Origin: a virus | Lineage: Duplodnaviria; Caudoviricetes | Length of the DNA: 63,032 nt | Virus record (IMG/VR): IMGVR_UViG_3300017766_001347 | Location: 1 to 63,032 of that record | Strand: one strand, 5' to 3' | Shown here: piece by piece, positions 10,400 to 19,364 of the stretch | Numbering within the stretch: the stretch's first letter is position 1 | Layout of the letters: each line of letters begins with the position of its first letter | The notes under the pieces: generated by a model | What the model was told of the DNA's origin: nothing | Database searches by the model: none | What the model saw: the letters and a program-made list of their open reading frames with translations, nothing else | Made by a program: the position numbers and the translations under genes

Positions 10400-11041
10400 A
10401 TGAAACTAATAACCGAAACAATTCAGGACATCAACATTCTGACCGAAGAAAAAAACGGTCAGAAGCACTACTTCATTGAAGGTGTGTTCATGCAGGCTGA
10501 AGCGAAGAATCGCAACGGTCGTGTGTATCCCATGCCTGTCATGGAGAAGGAACTGAAGCGGTACAACAACGATTATGTGAAGACGAATCGTGCAATGGGT
10601 GAACTTGGTCATCCCGAAGGTCCAACCGTGAACTTGGAGCGTGTCTCGCATCTCATCAAGGACTTGCGCCTTGAAGGAAATGATGTGTACGGCAAAGCCA
10701 AGATTCTTGACACCCCCTATGGCAAGATTGTTCGCAATCTGATTGACGAGGGTGTAAAACTAGGAGTTTCTTCCCGTGGCATGGGTTCGCTGAAAGAGCA
10801 GGACGGAGTGAATGTCGTACAGGAAGACTTCATGTTGGCTGCGGTGGATGTGGTCGCTGACCCATCCGCTCCGAATGCATTTGTGAACGGCATCATGGAA
10901 GGACGGGAATGGATTTGGGAAAACGGGGTTCTCAAGCCAGTGGTAATTGAGCAGTATAAAGAAACCATCAAAAACACCCCATCTCGCAAATTGGAAGAGC
11001 AGGCAATCCGGCTCTTCAAGGACTTCATCTCAAGACTCTGA
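10400..11041 (+). CDS. gp21: prohead protease gp21
   Basis: MKLITE, NRNGRVYP, GELGHP, GVSSRGMGS, DVVADPSAPNAFV. Confidence 0.96.
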   Translation: MKLITETIQDINILTEEKNGQKHYFIEGVFMQAEAKNRNGRVYPMPVMEKELKRYNNDYVKTNRAMGELGHPEGPTVNLERVSHLIKDLRLEGNDVYGKAKILDTPYGKIVRNLIDEGVKLGVSSRGMGSLKEQDGVNVVQEDFMLAAVDVVADPSAPNAFVNGIMEGREWIWENGVLKPVVIEQYKETIKNTPSRKLEEQAIRLFKDFISRL

Positions 11042-11076
11042 AGCGTCTACATATTTCTTAAAGGAGAACTCCAGTC

Positions 11077-12192
11077 ATGGCTAACGAAAAGATCGAAGAT
11101 GTCATCAAGAAGGTAATCCTCGGTGAGAACTTCCTCGCTGAGAACACCGACCCCACCGAACCTGAAGAGGTCGATGAGGAGGTTTTTGAAGAGGAAGTAG
11201 AAGAGATTGAGGAAGCCAAGGACGAAGAGGAAGAGGAGTCCGAGGAAGAAGAAGGCGAAGAAGAGGAAGAAGAGGACAAGAAGCCCGCCTTCCTGAAGAA
11301 GAAGTCCATGAAGGAAGCCGCTTCCGATTTCGCTGACACCAAGATTGCCCATGACGCAAACAAGAAGGGTCAGAAGATTGCCGAGCCGACCGGAGACAAC
11401 TCTGGCAAGAACATGGGCACCATCAAGCCCAAGCCAAGCGCAGCCAGCAGCAAGATTGAGAAGCCCTCCATGAAGGAGAGCATCGAAACCTTGTTCGCTG
11501 GCAAGGAACTCAGCGAGGAGTTCAAGACTGAGGCTGCGACTCTGTTCGAAGCCCAACTTGCTGCTCGTACACAGGAACTAGAAGAAGAAATTCAGGCAAA
11601 GTATTCCACTCTTCTTGAGGAACACACTCTTGCGGTAACCGAGGAAATGGTCGGACGCATTGATGAATACCTCAACTATGTTGTGGAAGAGTGGATGCAG
11701 GAAAACCGTCTTGCCGTAAGCAACGGTCTTCGCACCGAAATCACCGAAGGTTTCATTGAAAAACTGCGCGGCGTGTTTGCCGAGTCGTACATCGAAATTC
11801 CTGAAGAGAAACTTGATCTGTTTGAATCCACGGTTGAGGACTACGAAACCCTCAAGAGTGAACTAGACGAGCAAGTAGAAAAGAACATGGAGATCAACGA
11901 AGAGTGCGAACAACTCCGTTGCGAACTCCTGTTCCGAGAACTCGCAGAAGGACTCACCGACACCGAAACTCAGAAACTCCGCAGCCTTGCGGAAAGCCTT
12001 GAGTTTGATTCAGTAGAGCAGTTTGCCGAGAAACTTGAAGTTCTCCGTGAGAACATCGAAAACATCGGCACCACCGAAGCCAAAACCAATCCATCCAACG
12101 AAGAGTCCCTTGAGGAGTCTTACGAGGAAGCGTCCGAGACTTCACCACTCATGGAGGCGTACATCAAGTCCATGAGCAAGAGCAAGGACTAA
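11077..12192 (+). CDS. gp22: prohead scaffold/core protein gp22
   Basis: Very acidic; LSEEFK..A.TLFEA, DEYLNYVVEEWM.EN..A...GLR.EI. Confidence 0.93.
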   Translation: MANEKIEDVIKKVILGENFLAENTDPTEPEEVDEEVFEEEVEEIEEAKDEEEEESEEEEGEEEEEEDKKPAFLKKKSMKEAASDFADTKIAHDANKKGQKIAEPTGDNSGKNMGTIKPKPSAASSKIEKPSMKESIETLFAGKELSEEFKTEAATLFEAQLAARTQELEEEIQAKYSTLLEEHTLAVTEEMVGRIDEYLNYVVEEWMQENRLAVSNGLRTEITEGFIEKLRGVFAESYIEIPEEKLDLFESTVEDYETLKSELDEQVEKNMEINEECEQLRCELLFRELAEGLTDTETQKLRSLAESLEFDSVEQFAEKLEVLRENIENIGTTEAKTNPSNEESLEESYEEASETSPLMEAYIKSMSKSKD

Positions 12193-12246
12193 TTTACTTC
12201 AAACCATTCAGTCATTCCTGACTGTTAACACCAAGGAGATAGACAC

Positions 12247-13710
12247 ATGAGCGTTAAGAACGACCTACTCACAGAACAGGCTCTCCGCAAGTGGAAGCCC
12301 GTTCTAGACCACAGCGACATGGCTCCAATTACGGATCCACATCGCCGTGCCATCACCGCCACCCTCTTGGAGAACCAAGAGAAGGCAATCAAGGAGCAGA
12401 TGCTCAACGAAGCACTGCCCGCCAACTACATTGGCGGCGGAATTTCCAACACCAGCGGCGAAGGCAACATCAAGGGTTACGATCCAATTCTCATCCAGTT
12501 GGTTCGTCGCGCCATGCCAAACCTCATGGCATACGATGTCTGCGGCGTTCAGGCCATGTCGGCTCCGACTGGTCTGATCTTTGCAATGCGTAGCCGTTAC
12601 GCCACTCAGACCGGAACCGAAGCGTTCTACAACGAACCCGTTGCTTCGTACTCGGGTTCGACTTCGAACACCGTTGCTCCCGGCGTTACCACTTCGCAGG
12701 CAGGCGGCGGCGCACAGGCTACCAACCTTAACGGCTGGAACGGTCTGTCCAACTTGGATCCGTTCGGCTACGGTGCCCCCGGACTCGACCCACGCAGCGC
12801 AAGCGGTCTAACCACAGGCAGTGGTCTTCAGACGCAGATTGGCGAAGACGCTACTCCGAACAACATGGCGTTCAGCATTGAGCGCGTTGCTGTTCAGGCG
12901 GCTACTCGTACCCTTGCTGCATCGTACAGCGTTGAATTGGCTCAGGATCTCAAGGCTGTTCACGGCTTGGATGCTGAAACCGAACTCGCCAACATTCTCA
13001 GCACGGAAATCCTTGCCGAGATCAACCGCGAGGTTGTTCGTAACATCTATCGCACTGCTAAACTCGGAGCGCAGCAGCCGGATCTGTATTACAAGGGTAT
13101 TGCAGGTGGTCTGACCACTGCTGGCAACGGTACTGCTTATGGTGGTGTTTACAATCTCATTCAGGACTCTGACGGTCGTTGGAGCGCGGAAAAGTTCCGT
13201 GGTCTGATGTTCCAGATTGAGCGTGAATGCAATCAGATCGCCAAGGATACCCGTCGCGGTAAGGGCAATTTCATCATATGCTCGGCAGATGTTGCTTCGG
13301 CCCTCGCAATGGGCGGCTTCCTGAACCTCAGCCCCGCGCTGAATGTCAACCTTGATATTGATGACACTGGCAACACCTTTGCCGGAACCCTCAACGGTAA
13401 GATCAAGGTCTACATTGATCCGTATCAGGATGTCAGCGGCACAACCAACACGAACTTTATTTGCGTTGGTTATAAGGGAACAAGCCCCTACGATGCGGGT
13501 CTGTTCTACTGCCCATATGTCCCACTACAGATGATGCGCGCTGTTGACACCGCCAACTTCCAGCCCAAGATTGCGTTCAAGACCCGCTACGGCATGGTTG
13601 CGAACCCCTTCGCGGAAGGAGCCAATGTTGGTTTCGGTGCGCTCAACACTCGTAGCAACCTCTATTACCGCATCTTCCGCGTGGACGATCTCCACGGCGT
13701 GGCTTCGTAA
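12247..13710 (+). CDS. gp23: major capsid protein gp23
   Basis: KW.PVL, LLENQE, LVRRAMPNL.AYDVCGVQ.M..PTGLIFAMR, ELAQDLKAVHGLDAE, YCPYVPL, FKTRYG. Confidence 0.98.
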   Translation: MSVKNDLLTEQALRKWKPVLDHSDMAPITDPHRRAITATLLENQEKAIKEQMLNEALPANYIGGGISNTSGEGNIKGYDPILIQLVRRAMPNLMAYDVCGVQAMSAPTGLIFAMRSRYATQTGTEAFYNEPVASYSGSTSNTVAPGVTTSQAGGGAQATNLNGWNGLSNLDPFGYGAPGLDPRSASGLTTGSGLQTQIGEDATPNNMAFSIERVAVQAATRTLAASYSVELAQDLKAVHGLDAETELANILSTEILAEINREVVRNIYRTAKLGAQQPDLYYKGIAGGLTTAGNGTAYGGVYNLIQDSDGRWSAEKFRGLMFQIERECNQIAKDTRRGKGNFIICSADVASALAMGGFLNLSPALNVNLDIDDTGNTFAGTLNGKIKVYIDPYQDVSGTTNTNFICVGYKGTSPYDAGLFYCPYVPLQMMRAVDTANFQPKIAFKTRYGMVANPFAEGANVGFGALNTRSNLYYRIFRVDDLHGVAS

Positions 13711-13733
13711 TAGACGCTTCAACCTTACGGATC

Positions 13734-13761
13734 GGGGGAGAGGGAAACCTCTCCCCCTTTT
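13734..13761 (+). terminator. Rho-independent terminator after gp23
   Basis: Perfect 10-bp stem GGGGGAGAGG / CCTCTCCCCC with GAAA loop, followed by TTTT. Confidence 0.9.
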
Positions 13762-13771
13762 CGTTTGGGCG

Positions 13772-13779
13772 TATAAATA
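13772..13779 (+). promoter_or_regulatory. T4 late promoter consensus TATAAATA
   Basis: Exact consensus just after the terminator, 9 nt before the gp3 ATG. Confidence 0.8.
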
Positions 13780-13788
13780 CCTGTACAC

Positions 13789-14316
13789 ATGTCTATTCCA
13801 TATAACTTCACCGACATTGAACAGGGAATCCTAGACCGATACCCGCAGCAGATGAATCCTCTGCTGCCCACTTACTATCGGTTCAGCATTGCACGGCTTC
13901 CCAAGGTATCGTATTTCTGCCAGAGTGTTTCCTTGCCCACCATCACTATGAGTGAGGTGATTATGCCTACTCCATTTGTTCAGATTTCAAGACCGTCTAA
14001 ACTTGATTTCGATGAACTGACGGTGGGGTTCGTGGTTGATGAAAATATGGGCAACTGGCTGGAAATATACAATTGGATGCGCTCAGTCACCAATGTTGAA
14101 AATTATGAAGAGTTTAGAGCAGTGAATACCCATGTGTCTACTGCAAATCTAATCATCCTGAACTCCAAGAAGAATCCAAAATTGAATGTGACTTTCTATG
14201 ACATCTATCCACGAACCCTTTCGTCTATAGACTTTAATTCTGCGGTGATGGATCCCGAGCCTTTCGTAGCCAACTGCACTTTTAAATACAGGAGTTATGA
14301 AATAGAAGTGCTTTGA
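13789..14316 (+). CDS. gp3: tail tube terminator/completion protein gp3
   Basis: P.VSYFCQSVSLP, FVVDENM.NWLEIYNWM; position after gp23 as in cyanophage-type T4-likes. Confidence 0.88.
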   Translation: MSIPYNFTDIEQGILDRYPQQMNPLLPTYYRFSIARLPKVSYFCQSVSLPTITMSEVIMPTPFVQISRPSKLDFDELTVGFVVDENMGNWLEIYNWMRSVTNVENYEEFRAVNTHVSTANLIILNSKKNPKLNVTFYDIYPRTLSSIDFNSAVMDPEPFVANCTFKYRSYEIEVL

Positions 14317-14322
14317 TTGCTC

Positions 14323-14350
14323 TTGACTCGTCTTGTAGACAGTGTATACT
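14323..14350 (+). promoter_or_regulatory. sigma70-like early/middle promoter upstream of uvsY
   Basis: TTGACT-N16-TATACT. Confidence 0.6.
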
Positions 14351-14369
14351 CCTCCAACGGAGATTCGCC

Positions 14370-14804
14370 ATGAACCTAGAAGACATCAGAAAAGAAATAC
14401 AGCGCGACATGGAATTGGACGATTCGGCTCTTGATTTGGAGTCGCTGAAGATTCCACAACTGCACGGCAAGTACTTGAACTTTCTCATGGACGAGCGGCT
14501 TGCCATGCGTAAGGCGGAAGCAGAGTACAATACCATGATCCGTGTAAAGTGGGAGTACTACACAGGCAAGATGTCGCAGGAAGAACTGACCGCCCGTGGG
14601 TGGGAGCCGTTTCCTCTAAAGATTCTGCGAAACGATCTTGATTTGTACTTGGATTCAGATGAAGACCTGTGCAAGATGTCGCAGAAGTTCATCTTTCAAA
14701 AAGAGAAGGTGTCCCTGCTTGAAGAGGTGGTCAAAGAACTGAATACTCGCCATTGGAAGATTCGTAACGCCATAGAGTGGAGAAAATTCACAAGTGGTCA
14801 ATGA
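14370..14804 (+). CDS. uvsY: recombination mediator UvsY
   Basis: ESLKIPQLHGKYL, WEYYTGK, I.NAIEW.KF; ATG at 14370 after GGAG. Confidence 0.9.
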   Translation: MNLEDIRKEIQRDMELDDSALDLESLKIPQLHGKYLNFLMDERLAMRKAEAEYNTMIRVKWEYYTGKMSQEELTARGWEPFPLKILRNDLDLYLDSDEDLCKMSQKFIFQKEKVSLLEEVVKELNTRHWKIRNAIEWRKFTSGQ

Positions 14805-15345
14805 TTGGGACAGCCTCATGCAGTACGATCCGGAGAACGAGGATCGTGATGCCGTGTACTTGACCGATGTGTGGAACATGGCTTCCCGGCACAGCAGCGA
14901 TCCCAATACACAGGTTGCTGCTGCTCTTGTTTCTTGGGGCGGTGGGATAGTGCTTGTGGGATGGAACGAGGTTCCTCCGCAGATTGCAAACAAAGGGTAT
15001 CCGAAGTGCGTACACACAAAGAATTTCTGCACAGAACACGCAGAACGGCGAGTGCTGTTCAAGGCTGTGGGAAATCGTTTGCCCACCGACAAATTGCAGA
15101 TGTATGGAACATGGATGGCGTGTGCAGAGTGCGCTCGGGCAATAATCCAATTCGGAATACGGCGCGTGGTGACTTTTCGTAAACTAGTACACCGAACACC
15201 CCCAAAGTGGCAGGAGTCTACTTTGGAAGGATTGAAAATGATGAATGATGCCGGAATACAGGTAGTAGGGTGGGACGGAGAAATCCACACCGAAAGCACA
15301 ATTAGATTCCACGGAGAAACGCTGAACAGAACAGCAGTTCAATAA
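14794..15345 (+). CDS. dCMP/cytidine deaminase family protein
   Basis: S.DPNTQV.A, HAE zinc motif, CAEC..AIIQ.GI.RVV. Confidence 0.85.
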   Translation: MVNDWDSLMQYDPENEDRDAVYLTDVWNMASRHSSDPNTQVAAALVSWGGGIVLVGWNEVPPQIANKGYPKCVHTKNFCTEHAERRVLFKAVGNRLPTDKLQMYGTWMACAECARAIIQFGIRRVVTFRKLVHRTPPKWQESTLEGLKMMNDAGIQVVGWDGEIHTESTIRFHGETLNRTAVQ

Positions 15346-16850
15346 TGGTAAACCTAGATGTGAGCATAGTCGATTCTGTTTGGCTCCGCGTAAACTGCGA
15401 ACGCGGAATAGCCAAGGAACTATCCGATTATTTCACATTCAAGGTTCCGGGATACAAGTTCATGCCAGCGTATCGAAGCCGTATGTGGAACGGAGAGATA
15501 TGCCTGTACAACATACACACGCAGCAGATTTACGCAGGATTAGCCGATTACATAGCCCGGTTTGCGGAAGAGCGTGGTTACACAATCACCATGCCGTCCA
15601 AGAACAAGTTCAAAATCACTCCCGAAGGCGTGAAAAAATTCGTAGACGATTTCTTGCAGATACATGTGGGCGGGAAAAAAGCGCAGGCGCATGAACACCA
15701 AGTAAATGCTGTGCATCACGCTATGGAGCAGGAACGGTGTTTGTTGCTGTCACCCACCGGAAGCGGAAAAAGCCTTATCATTTATTCCCTGATACGGTAC
15801 TACTTGGACAAGATGCCAAAGGGTAAAAAGGTGTTAGTGATAGTTCCAACGGTATCCCTAGTGGAGCAAATGGTTTCGGATTTCAAGGACTATTCCACGG
15901 GGAACGGGTGGAGCGTGGATAAGTACTGCCACAAAATAATGGGCGGTATTTCCAAGATCACAGATAAAAGAGTTGTGGTCACGACATGGCAGAGCGTGTT
16001 CAAGCAGTCGGAAAAGTACTTTGAGCAGTTTGGAGCAGTGGTTGGTGATGAGGCGCACCTGTTCAAAGCCAAGTCCCTTACCTCCATAATGACCAAACTG
16101 AAGACATGCCCGTTCCGCGTAGGCACGACAGGAACACTTGACGGCACACAGACACATAGGCTTGTGCTTGAAGGGCTTTTCGGAAGAGCCTATGAAGTCA
16201 CGAAGACCAAGGAACTGATGGAACAGAAGATTCTCAGCGACTTGAAGATAGACTGCATCATTCTTCAATATCCACAGGAAGAGAGAGAAGCAACAAAGAG
16301 AGCAAAGTACCAAGATGAAATCAAATGGCTCATATCATCAGATCGGCGGAACACATTCATTGCCGATATGTGTGAAAAATTGAAGGGCAATACTCTTGTT
16401 CTATTTCAATTTGTCGAAGGACATGGAGCAGGGCTAAATAAGTTGGTGCAAGAGCGCGTAGGCTCTTCTCGTAAGGTATTCTTTGTTCACGGCGGAACCG
16501 AAGCGGGAGAGCGTGAAGAAATCAGAAAGATAGTTGAACAGGAAGAGAATGCTGTTATCATTGCTTCCTACGGAACATTCAGCACTGGCATTTCCATACG
16601 CAGACTGAACAACATTCTTTTCGCATCCCCTTCCAAGTCCCGTATACGGGTACTCCAAAGCATAGGAAGACAACTACGAGTATCAGAACATAAGAGCGTT
16701 GCACGGCTGTTCGACATCGGTGACGATCTTTCGTGGAAGTCTTGGATCAACCACACAATGAGGCACATGAACGAGCGCATGAAGATTTACGAGTCCGAGG
16801 GATTCACCTACAGGGTTATTCGGATAGATATAGGAGACAAGAAGACATGA
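15345..16850 (+). CDS. uvsW: SF2 DNA helicase UvsW
   Basis: FKVPGYKFMP.YR...W.G, SPTGSGKS, DEAH, LQSIGR.LR. Confidence 0.95.
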   Translation: MVNLDVSIVDSVWLRVNCERGIAKELSDYFTFKVPGYKFMPAYRSRMWNGEICLYNIHTQQIYAGLADYIARFAEERGYTITMPSKNKFKITPEGVKKFVDDFLQIHVGGKKAQAHEHQVNAVHHAMEQERCLLLSPTGSGKSLIIYSLIRYYLDKMPKGKKVLVIVPTVSLVEQMVSDFKDYSTGNGWSVDKYCHKIMGGISKITDKRVVVTTWQSVFKQSEKYFEQFGAVVGDEAHLFKAKSLTSIMTKLKTCPFRVGTTGTLDGTQTHRLVLEGLFGRAYEVTKTKELMEQKILSDLKIDCIILQYPQEEREATKRAKYQDEIKWLISSDRRNTFIADMCEKLKGNTLVLFQFVEGHGAGLNKLVQERVGSSRKVFFVHGGTEAGEREEIRKIVEQEENAVIIASYGTFSTGISIRRLNNILFASPSKSRIRVLQSIGRQLRVSEHKSVARLFDIGDDLSWKSWINHTMRHMNERMKIYESEGFTYRVIRIDIGDKKT

Positions 16851-17692
16851 GAGAAAAGAAGTCATCCCTCCGAGTCTTCAAACTGCGTAGCGGTGAGGAG
16901 ATCATTGCCAAGATATCCGCAAAACCTCGCGGCAAGATCACCGTTGAGCGTCCAATGAGAATCAACTATTCGGTTGTTGCAGACCCTTTCACGGGGATCA
17001 AGAAGAGTGTTATTTATTTTACGGATTGGCTTGGTGGTGCTACAGAACTCATGGTGGATATCCCGAAAGATTTTATCCTCATGGATCTGACACCCGATCC
17101 GGACATGGAAAGACTGTATGTAACACAGACCGAGGCTCAGGATAAGATGGGAAATCCGCCACCCGCAAAAAAAGAACCACTCCCCGAATTGGACGATGAT
17201 ATGTCCAATCTCCCCATGCCCACCGAGGAAGAACTCAAAAAATTAGACGCTCTGATGGAATCTATGGGGCTTGCTATGGCTGAAGAAGCCGACAAGAAAA
17301 ATCCATCAGATGAAAATTCAAAACCACCATTCATTCCTCCACATTTTCCTATGCCTCCGTCCGCGTCACAGAGAGGAGTGATATTCACGGTATCAATTCC
17401 CAGTGATTTGGTAAACGAGTGGGTACAATCAGGAATAGTGGACTATCTCCGAGACTGTTTTCAGGATTTCATGGAAAGCGAGATGGCTGATTATTTTGCT
17501 CCACCTCCTCCAAAGAAGAAGAAGAAAAAGTCTTCAGCAAACAAAGAAAAGTCATCCAAAGAGCAGTGGAATGCTCCTACCGAAGAGCAGCAAAAGGAAC
17601 GAGACTACGGAAATCGAATAACCGATTGGTCGCCGTTCATCAAAGACTATCTTCCGGGCAGTACGGGAGAAAATCATTCTGAAGGTTCTTGA
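16847..17692 (+). CDS. hypothetical protein, N-terminal Sm-like domain with low-complexity tail
   Basis: KLRSGEEIIA motif typical of the gene between uvsW and gp55 in T4-like phages; ATGA overlap with uvsW. Confidence 0.65.
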   Translation: MREKKSSLRVFKLRSGEEIIAKISAKPRGKITVERPMRINYSVVADPFTGIKKSVIYFTDWLGGATELMVDIPKDFILMDLTPDPDMERLYVTQTEAQDKMGNPPPAKKEPLPELDDDMSNLPMPTEEELKKLDALMESMGLAMAEEADKKNPSDENSKPPFIPPHFPMPPSASQRGVIFTVSIPSDLVNEWVQSGIVDYLRDCFQDFMESEMADYFAPPPPKKKKKKSSANKEKSSKEQWNAPTEEQQKERDYGNRITDWSPFIKDYLPGSTGENHSEGS

Positions 17693-17717
17693 CAGACCGT
17701 GTAACCTGTGTTACCAT
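17689..17717 (+). promoter_or_regulatory. sigma70-like promoter upstream of gp55
   Basis: TTGACA-N17-TACCAT with TGn extended -10. Confidence 0.65.
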
Positions 17718-17733
17718 TCGAAATGAGATCAAC

Positions 17734-18297
17734 ATGAACAAGAAAAAGACCGACCACTACATAGACAACAAACGATTTTTTGAAGAGATGAAGGCTTGGA
17801 AAACACTTGTCAAGGCAGCAGACAAGGAGGAGAAGCCCCATCCGCCTGTAACGGATTACATCGGTGAGTGCTTTATGGCAATCGCAGACAGGCTATCACG
17901 CAAGCCAAATTTCATCAACTATCCGTACAGAGATGAGATGATTTCGGACGGTATCGAAAATTGTCTGCTGTACGCATACAACTTTGATCCGAAGAAGTCT
18001 ACGAATCCATTTTCATATTTCACGCAGATCATTTACTATGCTTTCTTGCGCCGAATATCCAAGGAAAAGAAACAGGCGTACATCAAACTGAAGAAGATAG
18101 AAAATTCGGACATCGACTCCACTCTCAAAAAGTGGTTTCGTGAAAACTATCTTGGTGGCTCGGACAACAAGCCATCGGTGCTGACCGACACCGACATAAT
18201 GAATTTTGAAAAGAAAAGCCCGGATGCAGAAGAAGAGTCGGGCAAGACAGTGAAGGGCAAGAAAAATAAGCCCGTGAAGAAGGCAAAGAAGAAGTGA
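17734..18297 (+). CDS. gp55: late transcription sigma factor gp55
   Basis: HYIDNK.F, YIGECF..IA..LS.KPNF.NY.YRDEMISDGIENC, NPFSYFTQI.YYAFLRRI. Confidence 0.96.
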   Translation: MNKKKTDHYIDNKRFFEEMKAWKTLVKAADKEEKPHPPVTDYIGECFMAIADRLSRKPNFINYPYRDEMISDGIENCLLYAYNFDPKKSTNPFSYFTQIIYYAFLRRISKEKKQAYIKLKKIENSDIDSTLKKWFRENYLGGSDNKPSVLTDTDIMNFEKKSPDAEEESGKTVKGKKNKPVKKAKKK

Positions 18298-19364
18298 AAG
18301 TACCCATCATCACAGATACTCATTTCGGGGCACGGAATGATTCTCCGGTGTTCTTGGAATATTTCATGCGATTCTTTGATCGCGTGTTTTTTCCGTGGGT
18401 GGAATTGCACCGCCCCGAGTACATTCTTCACTTGGGTGATTTTCTTGATCGCCGGAAGTTCGTTAACTTCCTGACGCTGAACTCTGTAAACAACAATTTT
18501 ATCACTCGCCTTGAGAAGAGCGGTGCGGTCATGCACTGCATTCTTGGCAATCACGACATCTTCTTCAAGAACAAGAGCGAAGTAAACTCTCTAGAGGAAC
18601 TTTTCTCCACAACAAACAGCATCGTGGTTCACAACAAACCCGGTGAGTTCTTTTTTGGAGGCAAGAAGAAGATTGCCCTGCTGCCGTGGATCAACAAAGA
18701 CAACGAAGCAGAGTCCCTGAAGTTTATCGAAGAAACCGATGCTCCTATTTTGTGTGGGCACTTGGAACTTCATGGATATCAAGTTCTGAGAAACACACCA
18801 TTTGATGGCGGAATGAAATCGGAACCATTCAATAAATTTGAGGCAGTGTATACGGGTCATTTCCACACTCGCCACAGCATGGACAACATCCACTATTTGG
18901 GTTGCCCGTATCAGATCACCATGAACGATTACGGCGACAAGAAGGGGTTTCATGTACTTGATACGGATACGGGAGAATTGGAGTTTATTCCCAATCCATA
19001 CACCATCTTCACCCAACTGCGGTACGATGATGCTGATGCAGACGCGGCGGTTCCTATCACGGTCGATGAAGCACGGGTCAAGGGCAAGTTTGTCCGGGTC
19101 ATCGTGGAGAAGAAGACCAAGCCATATCTATTTGAGAAATTCATAGACTCTCTGTATGCACATCAGCCACAGGCAGTAAACATCATTGAAGACCTCACGC
19201 CCGATACCTCGGTGGAAGAGAATGTGGATCTAACGGAAGATACCATCACTATCATCAACCGAGAGATTGACGCATTACAGAATGTTGACAGTTTTCGCTT
19301 GAAGAACCTGTTGCGTGAACTGTATACTGACACACAGGCACTTGAAAACACCAAGCAGCAATGA
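18294..19364 (+). CDS. gp47: recombination endonuclease subunit gp47 (Mre11/SbcD-like)
   Basis: DTHFG, LGD..DRR, GNHD, GHFH metallophosphoesterase motifs. Confidence 0.95.
   Translation: MKVPIITDTHFGARNDSPVFLEYFMRFFDRVFFPWVELHRPEYILHLGDFLDRRKFVNFLTLNSVNNNFITRLEKSGAVMHCILGNHDIFFKNKSEVNSLEELFSTTNSIVVHNKPGEFFFGGKKKIALLPWINKDNEAESLKFIEETDAPILCGHLELHGYQVLRNTPFDGGMKSEPFNKFEAVYTGHFHTRHSMDNIHYLGCPYQITMNDYGDKKGFHVLDTDTGELEFIPNPYTIFTQLRYDDADADAAVPITVDEARVKGKFVRVIVEKKTKPYLFEKFIDSLYAHQPQAVNIIEDLTPDTSVEENVDLTEDTITIINREIDALQNVDSFRLKNLLRELYTDTQALENTKQQ

Noticed and set aside
11161-11280. GAA/GAG-rich low-complexity tract
   Set aside because: It encodes the normal poly-Glu region of the gp22 scaffold
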